Below, in pieces: positions 17,040 through 28,300 of a stretch of DNA of 64,000 nt; the first letter of the stretch is position 1, and every line of letters starts with the position of its first letter. A program made the translations under genes and the position numbers. Source of the stretch: Bryobacterales bacterium (GTDB lineage: Bacteria; Acidobacteriota; Terriglobia; Bryobacterales; UBA6623); assembly GCA_963422375.2 (NCBI GenBank), contig OY729427.2, positions 64,001-128,000 of the forward strand. The letters run 5' to 3'. Below the pieces are notes generated by a model. It saw only the letters and a list, made by a program, of their open reading frames with translations, had not been told where the DNA came from and did no database searches.

Positions 17040-20000
17040 CCCTTCGTGATCACTTCGTCAAGGTTCAGGATCAGGTTCGCAAGGGCAGCGTAGGCGGCCA
17101 GCTCTCGCGGGTCAATGCTCGGGTCCGCCGCCGACGCGCCCATCGCAAGGAACTCGCGCGCCTCTTCGGCGCTGGCAGCGAACGAGCCCTGCAGCCCCGC
17201 CAGCGCCTCGCGCAGGACGGCCGCCTCGGCCGGGGCCGGGAGGCGCCCGGCGGCGATCTCGAACAGCCGCTCCACGCGCTCGTCCGCAGACTCCGAGGAA
17301 GCGAGCAGGACCCGCTCGGCGAGCTCTCGGGCTGCCTCGACAAACGTCGGATCGTTCAGTAGAGTCAGGGCCTGCAGCGGCGTGTTCGTAGCGGAGCGCC
17401 GGACGGTGCAGAACTCCCGGTCCGGCGCGTCGAAGACCGTCATCGCCGGATGGGGCAAGGTCCGCTTCCAGAACGTGTACACGCTGCGACGATACAGATC
17501 CTCGCCCTCGCTCTGCTTCCAGATCGTTCCCGGATAGGCCGCTCCGACGACAACGCCGTCGTAGAGCCCTTCGGGCTGGTACGGACGAACGCTCGGGCCG
17601 CCGATGTTCCCGGACAGCAGGCCGGCCAGCGCCAGAGCCTGGTCGCGAATCGCCTCGGCCGGAAGCCGGAAGCGCGGCCCGCGCGCCAGCAGGCGGTTCT
17701 CGGGATCCTTGGCGCGGAGGGCCGGATCCGCGGCCGAGGACTGGCGGTAGGCGGAGGAAAGCACGAGGGACCACAGCAGGCGCTTGACGTCCCATCCGGA
17801 CTCGACGAAATCGACGGCCAAGCGGTCCAGCAGTTCCGGGTGGCTCGGCGCCTCGCCCTGCAGTCCGAAGTCCTCGCTGGTCTTGACGAGGCCGATCCCG
17901 AACAGCTGCTGCCAGAACCGGTTGACGACCACCCGCGCCGTGGTGGGATGGCGCTTGCCGGTCAGCCAGCGGGCCAGTCCGAGGCGATCATTCGGAGTCC
18001 CGCCGGGCCACGAGCCCAGCAGGCCCTCGGGGACGCCGGGCTCGACCGGCCTGCCGGGGCTGTCATACCGGCCGCGCATCAGGACATGCGTCTGACGCCG
18101 CCGAGCCATCTCCTCCATGACCATCGTTGTGGGCAGGCTGCGACGCAGCGCGAAGAGATCTTCCCGCAGCCGCTCGAGCCGGCGGTCCGGACGGAGGACA
18201 CGGTAGAGCCAGCGGCGCTCGAGTCCGCTGCCGGCTCGCTGCCTCGCCCAAGGAAGTGCCGCGGCCTCGAAGGCCTGCCGCACCTGCGCAGGATCCAGCG
18301 CCTGCTTCCAGACGGCCGCCTCGTCGATTCGCCCCCGGAACCGGCTGCCGCCGGGGAGGTTGTCGCGAGCAATCCGGTACGGCTTAGCGAATGCTGCCGG
18401 CGACTGAGCGTCGTCGTGCAGGACCTCGGTGCCGATCTCGCGGCCGTCGGCGAACAGTCGCACCCACGCCGCGCGGGCCCGCATGGAATCCTTGCCTTCC
18501 GAGCCCTCGTACACCGCGGCGACGTGCCGCCACTGGCCGGGGGCAAGATTCGCTCCCTCGCTGCGCACGGTGATGGAGTACGACGGGAAGCGCTTGCTCA
18601 GGCGCAGCTCGACTTCGCTTCCGGCGAGGCGCAGCTCGATCCCCGCGCCGTGCTGGGACGAGGCCGGATCGGGGGAGTAGTCGATTGCCGAGAACAGCGG
18701 GGCGTCCGACTGTTCGGCGTCGGCCCGCAGCCACAAGGCCAGAGTGAAGGCTCCGTGCTTCTCCAGCTTGAGCGGCTCTTCCGAGTCGATTTCGAGCGAC
18801 GCGCAGGCCATCCCGGCGATACCGGCCTCCCGCCCGTCGTCGCAGCCGAGGAAGAAATCGGCGTTGGCCGGGTACTCGCGGGCGGCAAGCGACGCCAGCG
18901 CCTCGCTCGACGGCTCCCAGCTCGCAGCCCGTTCCCGGTCTGCCCGCTCGCGGGCATCGGCCTCAGCGCGGAGAGCGGCGATCCGCTCGGCCTGCTCCGC
19001 AGTCGGGGCCGGGATCATCGGCACGGCGTTCGCCACGCGGCCCGCCTCGCCCAGTTCCGGGACGTTGTCGAAGAACGCGAACAGCCGGTAGTAGTCCTCC
19101 TGCGAGATCGGATCGAACTTGTGGTCGTGGCAGCGGGCGCACTCGAAGGTCAGCCCCAGCCAAGCCATTCCGACCGTGCGGACGCGGTCCGCCACGTACT
19201 CGACGCGGTACTCCTCGTCGATGATTCCGCCCTCGGAGTTGATCACGTGGTTGCGGTTGAACCCGGTCGCGACCAGCTGGTCGAGCGTCGGGCTGGGCAG
19301 CAGGTCACCCGCCATCTGCTCCTCGACGAAACGGTCGTAGGGCAGGTTCCGGTTGAACGCTTCGATCACCCAGTCGCGCCAGCGCCACATCGAGCGCTCG
19401 GAGTCGTTGTTGAAGCCGTGGGTGTCGGCGTAGCGAGCCACGTCCAGCCAGTCCATGGCCATGCGCTCGCCGTAGCGCGGCGACGCCAGAGCACGCTCGG
19501 CAGCCGCCGCGTAGCCGTCCTCCCCGCGCAGGGCGACGGCCCTTTCGAACTCCCTGACCTCGCTCAATGTCGGAGGCAGGCCGTTGAGGTCGAGCATCAT
19601 GCGCCTCAGCCAAGCCGCAGCGCCTGCGGGAGGCGACGTCTGCAGTCCCTCGGCCTCCAGCCGCGCCAGGATAAAGGCGTCCATGGGCCGACGCGGCCAG
19701 CGGCCAGCGGCGACGGCCGGCTCGAGCCGCCGCACCGGCGGATTGAACGCCCAGTGATTGGAGTACTCGGCCCCCCGCTCGATCCAGCTCCGCAGAATCG
19801 AAACCTCGCCCGGCTCCAGAGGCACGTGCCCTAGGTACGCGGGCGGCATGCGCGTTGCGGGATCCTCGGACTCGACGCGGCGCAGCAGCTCGCTGGCAGC
19901 GGGATCTCCGGGGCTGACCGCCACCCGGCCCGAAGCTGAGGGAGCAGTCGCCGCCACGCGATCATCGAGGCGCAGCCCGGCCTGGCGCTGAGCCTCGTCC

Positions 20001-20146
20001 GGCCCGTGGCAAGCGAAGCAGCGGTCCGAGAGCAGCGGCTGCACGTCGCGGCCGAAATCGACCGGGGCCGCGTCTAACGGGCCGGGCAGCCAAGCAGCCG
20101 CCAGCGCGGCGAAAGCCGCAAGTCGGCAGGGTCGCTTCCCGGTCAT
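17036..20146 (-). CDS. DUF1549/DUF1553 planctomycete-cytochrome-c protein with internal LamG-like domain
   Basis: CFACH, WLDVARYADTHG, CARCHDHKFDP, GQWRHVAAVY..GRIDE (LamG-like), [21 protein letters not shown]; stop overlaps the DUF1501 start. Confidence 0.92.
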   Translation of the reverse strand: MTGKRPCRLAAFAALAAAWLPGPLDAAPVDFGRDVQPLLSDRCFACHGPDEAQRQAGLRLDDRVAATAPSASGRVAVSPGDPAASELLRRVESEDPATRMPPAYLGHVPLEPGEVSILRSWIERGAEYSNHWAFNPPVRRLEPAVAAGRWPRRPMDAFILARLEAEGLQTSPPAGAAAWLRRMMLDLNGLPPTLSEVREFERAVALRGEDGYAAAAERALASPRYGERMAMDWLDVARYADTHGFNNDSERSMWRWRDWVIEAFNRNLPYDRFVEEQMAGDLLPSPTLDQLVATGFNRNHVINSEGGIIDEEYRVEYVADRVRTVGMAWLGLTFECARCHDHKFDPISQEDYYRLFAFFDNVPELGEAGRVANAVPMIPAPTAEQAERIAALRAEADARERADRERAASWEPSSEALASLAAREYPANADFFLGCDDGREAGIAGMACASLEIDSEEPLKLEKHGAFTLALWLRADAEQSDAPLFSAIDYSPDPASSQHGAGIELRLAGSEVELRLSKRFPSYSITVRSEGANLAPGQWRHVAAVYEGSEGKDSMRARAAWVRLFADGREIGTEVLHDDAQSPAAFAKPYRIARDNLPGGSRFRGRIDEAAVWKQALDPAQVRQAFEAAALPWARQRAGSGLERRWLYRVLRPDRRLERLREDLFALRRSLPTTMVMEEMARRRQTHVLMRGRYDSPGRPVEPGVPEGLLGSWPGGTPNDRLGLARWLTGKRHPTTARVVVNRFWQQLFGIGLVKTSEDFGLQGEAPSHPELLDRLAVDFVESGWDVKRLLWSLVLSSAYRQSSAADPALRAKDPENRLLARGPRFRLPAEAIRDQALALAGLLSGNIGGPSVRPYQPEGLYDGVVVGAAYPGTIWKQSEGEDLYRRSVYTFWKRTLPHPAMTVFDAPDREFCTVRRSATNTPLQALTLLNDPTFVEAARELAERVLLASSESADERVERLFEIAAGRLPAPAEAAVLREALAGLQGSFAASAEEAREFLAMGASAADPSIDPRELAAYAALANLILNLDEVITKG

Positions 20147-20418
20147 GAATCCGATGTTTCCTTGCGAGCCCATTATCACCGATCCCCTCGGTCCGTTGGC
20201 AGGGTCGGGGCCGTGAAGATTGCAGATCGCGGCGCCCCGCGCAGCTCGCCCAGGCGGCGACACGGCGTGGGCCGTGACAGCGGCGGACACCGACACGACC
20301 GCCGGGCGAGCATGCACCTGGCGGAGTTCCCAAGCGCCGGAGGACAGCACCGTGGCGGTCCCGGCCTGCAAGCGGCCCGGCCACCGAGTGCGGCACTGGA
20401 ACCTAGACTGGCAGTCCC

Positions 20419-21147
20419 TCAGTTCGTCCCAGATCGGCATCGGTCACCAGAAGACCGACTGCCTTCAGTGAGCGTTCCGGGGGAAACCGACTGTCCGCTC
20501 CCGTGAAAACCTCCTGCGGAGTACCGTCCCAGATGCTGCCAGTGGCAAGCCCCTCGGGCGACGGAATTGGCCCGATCCATGCCCGGGCACGTGACGCCGG
20601 AGCGGACCGCCGACCTCAGCCGCCGAAGAACTGAAGTACGACGAGGAGCAGAGCGATGAATGCGACGCCGGACCCGATCATCCATCGCTGGACGCAACTC
20701 GCGCGCTGCAGCGAATGGATCGAATCCAGTAGCATCTTGGCGCCAGCGCTGTTCTGGGCCAGTCAGGCGGTCAATCCTGGCGTTGGTCCGGCTGACGTCG
20801 GCCGCAGTCTCGGCCCTTAGAGTGCCGCTGCGAGCGGTCGTGTCCACTCGCAGCTGAACAGCGCGGGCATTGGCCTGCCTGATGCGAGTGTTGGTCTCGG
20901 CGCGCAGCCGGTCGATGAGAGCGTTACCGCGGGCCTCGGACATCCGGATTTCCGCTACCACATGGTTCACTGCAGGGTCGCGGTCATCCTCCGCCGCGCC
21001 GTGAGACTCCTGCGGATCCGCGCCGAGTGCCAGCAGAGTGCGGGGCAACACTCCTTCAACGGGCTTGGTCGACGTAGCGGACAGTTCTGGTTCGAGCACG
21101 GGCGCGCCTGCCGCTTCGGAGTACATCAGTCCGGAGCCGATCGCCAA
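20419..21147 (-). pseudogene. Hypothetical coiled-coil protein or remnant
   Basis: Amphipathic stretch AEIRMSEARGNALIDRLRAETNTRI..TNARIDRL; remainder not protein-like. Confidence 0.25.
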
Positions 21148-21381
21148 CTCGATCCTCTTGCGTTACGACCTGAATCTGGAGACCGCTGGCGCTTCTCGCG
21201 AGAGATGGGCCCGGCCGGGGCCGACTCGGCTCGTATTCGGAACATGGATTGTTTCGGTTTGTCCATGAATCGAGGCTGGGGACATCGACTGGGTTCTTCC
21301 GTTTCGAGACTCGCGGGGCTGCTGGGAGAGCCGGCCGCGTACGCGGCGAACAGTACACCCAGAGGTCAAGGAGACAGGATC

Positions 21382-21891
21382 ATGAGAAGCTCGCCCCGGA
21401 GGAGCATTCTGCAGCGGCTCGCCCGCTCGACGGCAGGAGCGTGGGTGGCCGCGCAAGCGGTCGCCCGCAGGCCGGCCCGAGCGCAACCCGCCGGGCGGAT
21501 CGTCGGGTTCGATCACGTCGCGGCCCCCATGCAGGACGCCGAAGCGATGACCGGCTTCTACAGGTCGCTCGGATTCGTCGTGAACGAGGGGGAGCGGATT
21601 TGCTCGGTCCACTGCGGCGACCACAAGATCAACTTCCACCGCCCGGCCCTTTGGCAGGACACGGGCTTCTCCCTGAGGGCATCCGCGGCGAAGCCCCCAT
21701 GCGGTGACTTCTGCTTCGTCTGGAACGGCTCCGAGGAGGGGCTCGCCGAAATGCTCCGAAGAGCGGGGGCGACCGTGATCGAGGGGCCGGTGGAGTGCAG
21801 GGGCGGACAGAACGCGGGAACCGCCGTCGGCGTCAGCCGATACACCCGCGACCCGGACGGGAACCTGCTCGAGTTCATCGTCTACCGGTGA
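21382..21891 (+). CDS. VOC/glyoxalase-family protein with Tat-like signal
   Basis: AAGGAG RBS, RRSIL, FDHVA..FYRSLGF, RDPDGNLLEFI. Confidence 0.85.
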   Translation: MRSSPRRSILQRLARSTAGAWVAAQAVARRPARAQPAGRIVGFDHVAAPMQDAEAMTGFYRSLGFVVNEGERICSVHCGDHKINFHRPALWQDTGFSLRASAAKPPCGDFCFVWNGSEEGLAEMLRRAGATVIEGPVECRGGQNAGTAVGVSRYTRDPDGNLLEFIVYR

Positions 21892-23255
21892 GGCCGTGGT
21901 CGCTTCGCTCCCGCGGCAGGCGCAGGTCGCCCGACAGCACCAGCCGCCCTTCGCGAACCAGCTCGTCCGCGCGCAGCTCGACCGCCAAGCGCATCTCCTC
22001 GCTGGCGTAACGCGCTCCGAACATGCGCGCGACCTCCCTCGCGCAGTCGGCCAAGCCGATGCCGACGTTGCGCTCGACGGCCCGCAGGATCGCATCCTTG
22101 ACTTCGGGCGGCGGGAGCATATCGACCCTGGGCAGCGACTGCGACCGGACGGAGCTGCGGTCACGGACAGTCACCGCCTCGATCCGGTCGCTGCGGTCAA
22201 GGAATCCCTTGGTCTCGTCGCCGTCCCGACAGACCTGCCCCCCGCCCACCGCCTGGCGAACGGCCGCTCGCGCGACCTCCTGGATTCTCGCCCCCGCCCG
22301 CTGGTAGCCTCACAAGGAGCTGAGACAGCGGACCACCTCGTCGGCGTGGACCGGTCCCTCCTCCTCGACGATTCGCGTCACGCACCGTTCCAGCAATGGC
22401 TCGGGCGCGACGTGGATCTCGGTTCCCTCGCTTTCCGGAACCAGGAACGAGGCTTCCCTGTACGGTTGCGGCGACTGATTCGCCGCCTCGGAGGTGCCGG
22501 ATCGCTGCACCTGGCGACGCGGCTCGGCGGCCGGGGCTATCAGCTCGGCACCTCCGACGGACCAGGCGCGGTCGATCGCCTCCAGCAATTTCGCCATCTC
22601 GTTGTCGCGGTCGTAGAACCAGTCCGTGCTCCAGATGCGGTGAAACCTCCAGCCCTTCTGCTCGAGAACGGTCTGGCGCAGGCGGTCCCGCTCGCGCGCC
22701 CAGCTCGAGGAGTGGTAGCGCGCCCCGTCGCATTCGATCGCTAGCACGAATCGCCCCTCGTCGTCCGGGTCGTACACCGCGAGGTCGATGCGGAATCCGG
22801 CCGAGCCCACTTGCGCGGCCACGCGGTGTCCGTGGCTCTGCAGGGCCATGGCCACGGCTTCCTCGAACGGGCTGTCCATTTCGGCGCCGGTCAGCACCGG
22901 CACGTCCAGCTCGCCGGTCTGGGCGTACTTGAGATAGCGCTTCAGCACCCTCGTGCCGGCATGCTTGGTCGCGTCGACCCGGATCTCGTCGTGGCGGATC
23001 GACGAGAACACGCGGCATCTTTCTCCGCGCCCGCGTGAAGAGGACATTCAGACGCCGCTCGCCTCCCTCGCTCGAGACCGGCCCGAAGTGTTGCGACATG
23101 TAGCCGCCCGCGTCCTTGCCGTAGCCGATCGAGATGAAGATCACGTCGCGCTCTTCGCCCTGGACGTTCTCGAGGTTCTTCACGAAGAATCCCTCGTCCC
23201 TGCCCTCCTTGCAGAACGCCTCGAGCTCGGGAAACTCAGCGCGCATGAATTCCAG
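21875..23255 (-). pseudogene. C-terminal part of an SF1 helicase-Vsr-like nuclease-DUF3320 protein (Hhe-like), truncated by IS1595
   Basis: VKNLENVQGEERDVI, GERRLNVLFTRAR, DSPFEEAV..FRIDLAV..AIECDGARYH..RERDRLRQ..RIWSTDWF, EEEGPVH; frameshift ~23025, stop at 22310-22312. Confidence 0.85.
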
Positions 23256-24650
23256 AGGAATTATATATCTGAGTGCCGGGGCAGCCGATTTGGAAAATTA
23301 TCAATCCATAAAGGAATTTGATATGTCTTCCGTATATCTGTTGACAGTCTGTGGAGTTTCTTGATAGAATAGTTGCAATATAGGAGGTCGTCATTGAAGA
23401 AGTCGAAGCAGAAAGGTCCCGGGAAGTGGTTTCGTAAAGGCATCACCTTGATCGAAGTGATTGCCATGTTCCCCGATGACGAATCCGCGGAAAAGTGGTT
23501 CGCCTCCGTGCGCTGGCCGGACGGTCCGGCATGCCCCCGCTGCCGCGGTTGCGGCAAGCGCTTTTCCGTGCGCGCCGGCAGCGTGATGGCCGACACCAAG
23601 CTCGGCTACCGCGTCCGGGCCATGGCCCTGTTCCTGCTGACCACCGGCCTCAAGGGCGTCTCCGGCATGAAGCTGCACCGCGACCCGGGCATCAGCCGGA
23701 AGTCAGCCCGGCACCTGGCGCACCGCATCCGCGCGTGCCGGGAGCGGGACCGGGACCTGCTCGTCGGCCCGGTGGAAGTGGACGAGACGTACGTCGGCGG
23801 CAAGGAGCGCAACAAGCACGAGAGCAAGAAGGCCCGCGCCGGGCGCGGGCCGGTCGGCAAGACCCCCGTGGCGGGCGCGCGGGACCGCGCCACGAACGCA
23901 GTGGCCGCCCGGCCGCTGCCGGGCACGACCGAGGGCGACCTGCAGGGCTTCGCGCGCGGCCGGGTCGCGCCGGGCGCGCAGGTCCGCTCCGACGAGGCGG
24001 CGGCCTGCGCCGGCATGGCGGAGTTCGCGCACGAGGGCGTCAAGCACTCCGGCGGCGAGTACGTGCGCGGGACAGCGCATGCGAACGGCATCGAGTCGTT
24101 CCGGTCCCTGTTCAAGCGCGGCTTCTACGGAACCTATCACCGGATGAGCGTCCGTCACTTGGGCCGCTACCTCACGGAGTTCGCGGGACGGTGCAACGCC
24201 CGCAACTGCGACACGGCGGAACGGATGCGGCGCATGGCGCGGGGCCCGGTCGGCCGGACGCTGACCTACCGGCAGCTGGTCGGCAAGGCCGCGGTCGCGG
24301 CCCGAGCACGGCCTGGCCGGTCCGCTGCGGCCTCTCTTCACGCTCAGTGCGAAGGGCGCTCCGGATCCGGAATCCCGCGCCGCGACCGGTGTCCAGCCCG
24401 GACGATTCATAGATGCAGCCGCCCTGGAAGGGGAGCCTCTCCACGGCAATCCGGGTTCCACCGGGGCGCCCGAGGCGGCCTCTCCGGTCCGTGCGTCGCG
24501 AGATCCGCTTGCAGGCGCAATTCAGATACGAACCGACCTTTCGGCGCCCACCTCGGCCGCACACGAAAGATCCGAGCTAGACGCCGACGTCCCCAAGCAG
24601 AGCAGTTCTAGCCGGATATGGCGTCGTCGGCACTCAGATATGTAATTCCC
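23256..24650 (+). mobile_element. IS1595-family element (ISNwi1-like ends); transposase 23394-24611 with in-frame Zn-ribbon deletion and lost stop
   Basis: AGGAATTATATATCTGAGTGCCG ... CACTCAGATATGTAATTCCC; CPRCRG|CGKRF (18 aa lost between TGCCGCGG repeats); GCC-TGA to GCC-CGA near 24303; no TSD. Confidence 0.9.
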
Positions 24651-25353
24651 CAAATAATTCGGAGAAAATATAGTCAGGAGGTAGACCAGTCATCTTAAGT
24701 GGCTCATAACGGATACGAGGGGTTTGCTCTATTCGCTCGCCTAGGTCCGGGGAAGATCTTCATTTGAAATATGTTTCAACATAGCGTTCCCGTCGACGAC
24801 CCAGTTGAAGCAGCGGTGTAGTGTCTGCAGACAACGCGCTTCTTTCCATCTCTTCCACAGTCGGTGCCTTCAGCGGCACGTTCGTCGGGTCAGGATCTGT
24901 CCGCGCCAGCTGCTCAATCAGGTCCTGCAGGTCTTGCATCCCAATCGAATCGGGAGTGGACCGAGACAGCACGGGTCCGAAGATTGTTTCTCTTCTCGAG
25001 GAACGCATTAGTGAACAGAAGGCCGTAGATTGCACACTGTACGTCATCCAATACGTTGTTCCCATTGTCAACCTAGCACAGTCGGCCCAGATGCGCTTGC
25101 ACTGCGTTCTGGGACGCGCTCCACCGAAGGCGAACGGCCCCTCCCTGCCCAAACGCATCGCGATTCACGCGACCCCTCGAGAACCGAGCGAAGGTCCGAG
25201 AGAGCCTGTGCCCGTTGAGCGCTGTAACCCAGCCGCCTACGCAAGGCATGCCGATCGTAGGCGGCGGAGGCTTCCGCCGCGCCTGGCGAATGCTGGCCCC
25301 GGCGGACGGAGGCGCGCTAGCGCCCGGATCGACCCGGCGGCCAGCCGGGGACG

Positions 25354-28300
25354 CTAGGCTCCGTCCGCTTGCATCGCTGCCTGCTTGAGCACCCATTCGC
25401 GCAGGACACGGAAACCCTCGTCCTCGGGCTCGTAGCGCAGGCCTCCTTGGTGGCCCTCCTCCTGGCCCGTCTGAACGTTTAGGGGCTTGCGCAGCAGCAG
25501 GCTGCTCTCGGGCTCCGCGAGATCGACCCTCGCCTGCAGCTTGCGGTAATTCGCGAGCAGTTCCGCCGCCCCGATGTGACCGGCACTATCAGGCGCGTTC
25601 AGGTACAGCGTCGGGACACGCCCAGGCACTCCGTGGCACGAAATGCACGCCTTGTCGTCCCGGTCGCTGATTCTGTTCATCTCTGCGAACGCGTGGTCGC
25701 GGAAGTGCAGGATATCGGCTACGAACTCGTCGCTGGCCTCAAGTCGCCTGCCGGTGGATTCGGTGCGATCCGAGCTGCCGGAGGCGATCAGCTTGCGGAG
25801 TTCACTGCCGAACTGTGCTTCGTCGCTGGCCAGCAGGTTGTTCAAGCGCACCTGGATCGAAGGATCGGTCTCCCGCTGGACGTGAGCCGCGACCGCCTTG
25901 CGCACTTCGGGGTTGCGGCGCAGGGACGGCGAACCCGCTAGCTTCGCCGCGAACAGCCGGGTCTCCAAGGGGACGCCCGCGGAGAACCAATTCACGAACA
26001 TCTGCACCACCCGCGCCTTGGCGGCCATGATCGGGTCGATCACGTCAAGGCCCCGTTCGTCCTTGGTGAACAGGGTCTGCGGGCCCTCGCGGGGCGTTAG
26101 CTTGAGATAGTCCAGACCGAACTTGAACTCGGGCTCCGCCTCCGGATTCGTGCCGAGCATCTTCACCGTGAACAAGGCGCGTCCCTCCTCGAGGTTGAAG
26201 GCGCCCAGCGGCATAGGGCCCGTCGAGGTCATGTCGGGGCGAAAGAAGTCCACCTCTTCAAGCACCGGCTGCCCGCCGATCGACATCTCGACGGTCCCGT
26301 GGGACGCCCCGTAAAGGAACGCACCGAGCAGCTCGTAGCGACCCGCGGCGGGAACGTGCAGCGCGAAGGAGACGTGGGCGCCGACCTTGCCTTCTTCCCA
26401 AATCAACGCGCCGTTGTTGCTCGCGATCCCGCCGGAGATCATCTGCTCGGTCGTTCTCCCGAAAGTCAGTTCCGCCACTTCCAGCTCTTCCGCCTCCACC
26501 GCACCCTCGACCGCCTCTTCCACGGTCGCGTCTCCGTCGCGGAACGCGAGCATCCACTCCGTCGAGTCGAGCCACAGGCGCGGATCGCCGGCGAGTTGCT
26601 CGAACGCCTCCCTCCGATGCAGGCTGCGGTTCTCGCCGAGAATGCGCGCTACCAGCGGCGCATAGGCGTCCTCCGCCGGCTCGGCCCGGCTCGAGGGGGC
26701 CGGCTCGCCGGCAAGGCCGCGCGGCACGCCTTCGAGACTGGCACGCCCGCTGTCCTCCAGTCCCAGCAGGAGCCGGTAGAACGCCTCTTCCTGGGCCGCG
26801 TCGACTCCCTCGAAGTCCCACCGGACCCGCGCGAGAAAGTTCGCCACACCGTCGGCGTCCTTCCGCTGGCCGCGCCGAGAGAACTGGCGCATGACCCGCA
26901 GCAGCGGTTCCAGTGACTCGCGCCGAGCCGGCAGCGAGAGCTCGCCGGGGTTGGACAACGCCCTCGCCGCAATCGCGACGCTAGCGGGATCCGCTGCCAG
27001 CAGCAAGCCTAGGATTGCGTCCTGCAGGGGCTTGTGCGTGATGTTCCGCGCACCCTCCAGCGCGATGGTCTTCCACGGAATCGGGCCGTCCGTCTCGTTG
27101 CGGTAAATGGACAGCACGGCCTTGCCGTAGAGCTCGGTCGCCCCCGGCGTGCTGTAGGCGAACTGCCCGGGGCTCTGCTGATTCGCCCGCTCCATGTAGT
27201 GGGACGCCGCCATCGCGACCAAGCGGCGGTCGAGCCGCCTCCTGTCTGCGGGAGGGGCTCCCTCGCGCCACCCGTCCAGATCACGGTAGAGATCGGAGAG
27301 TTCCGTGTACTGCTGGTCCAAGTACTTCCCGCCGGTGATGTTGTTGACCTGGCCGTTCACCACGAACAGGGAGATCGTCGAGTAGCGCAGGGCCATCTCG
27401 ACATGCGCCTCCTTCTCGTCGCGCAGCAGCGCGTCCATCCAAGCGCGGCTGATGGGCTCGCGCATAGGCGGGTTCCAGACCCACCAGTGCCACGCGGCCT
27501 TGAAGGCGTACGCCCGCACGCCGGGATGGGAATCCACCATGCCGGCCGTCAGCAGCGCCGCCAGCTCGGACAGGTCGACGTCCACGCCGCTGCCGGGGAG
27601 GTGGGCTCGCGTGACCAACGCCTGCAGGACCGACTGCCGCGTCCGGTCGCTGCCTTCGCGGAAGGCCGGGAAAACGGCGTCCCATCCGACCCCATCCAGC
27701 AGCAGCTGGCGCAGCGACCAGAACGCGGCTTCGCGGCAGCTCTTCACCGGGTCGTCGAGGTGCTCGACCAAGGTCGGCACGGCCTCGCGCACCAGCGCGC
27801 CGCCGAGGCCGAGAAGGCCGTAGAGGCGGATCTGGGGCCGCGGGCTCCGGGCCGCCTCGATCAGCAGGCTCGCATGTCGGCTGTCGCCGCGCGCCTGGGC
27901 GGCACGGACCTTCGCGAGCGCGGCCAAGAAAGGGTCTTCATCAGCCAGCGTGACAGGCGAATCGTCGGGAGCGGGCTGGATCGGATGCAGGCGGCTGAGG
28001 GCGCGGATGGCGTAGGCGCTGGTCACGAACCCGGTGGCGGCCGCGGCGTTCCAGAGACCGTAGGGGTACTGGTTCCGCAGCATCCAGCGCACCCCGTCGG
28101 CGACGACCGGGTCGTCGGCGCGCCTGCCGGCGGCCTCGAGTGCGATCAGCGCCACGGCCGTCGCGGCCGGGTAGCTGTGGTCGTCCGGCGGCCGTAGCCA
28201 CTTCCCGGCGGGACCGGAGCGGCCGGGGTCAAAGCCCCATCCGCCGTCGTCGCGCTGCAGCACCAGCAGGCGCTGCAGGTCGAGCGCCGCACGTTCCCGA

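Noticed and set aside
24760..25158. Small AT-richer ORF beside IS1595
   Set aside because: No motif or clear RBS; may be a real fragment but cannot be supported.
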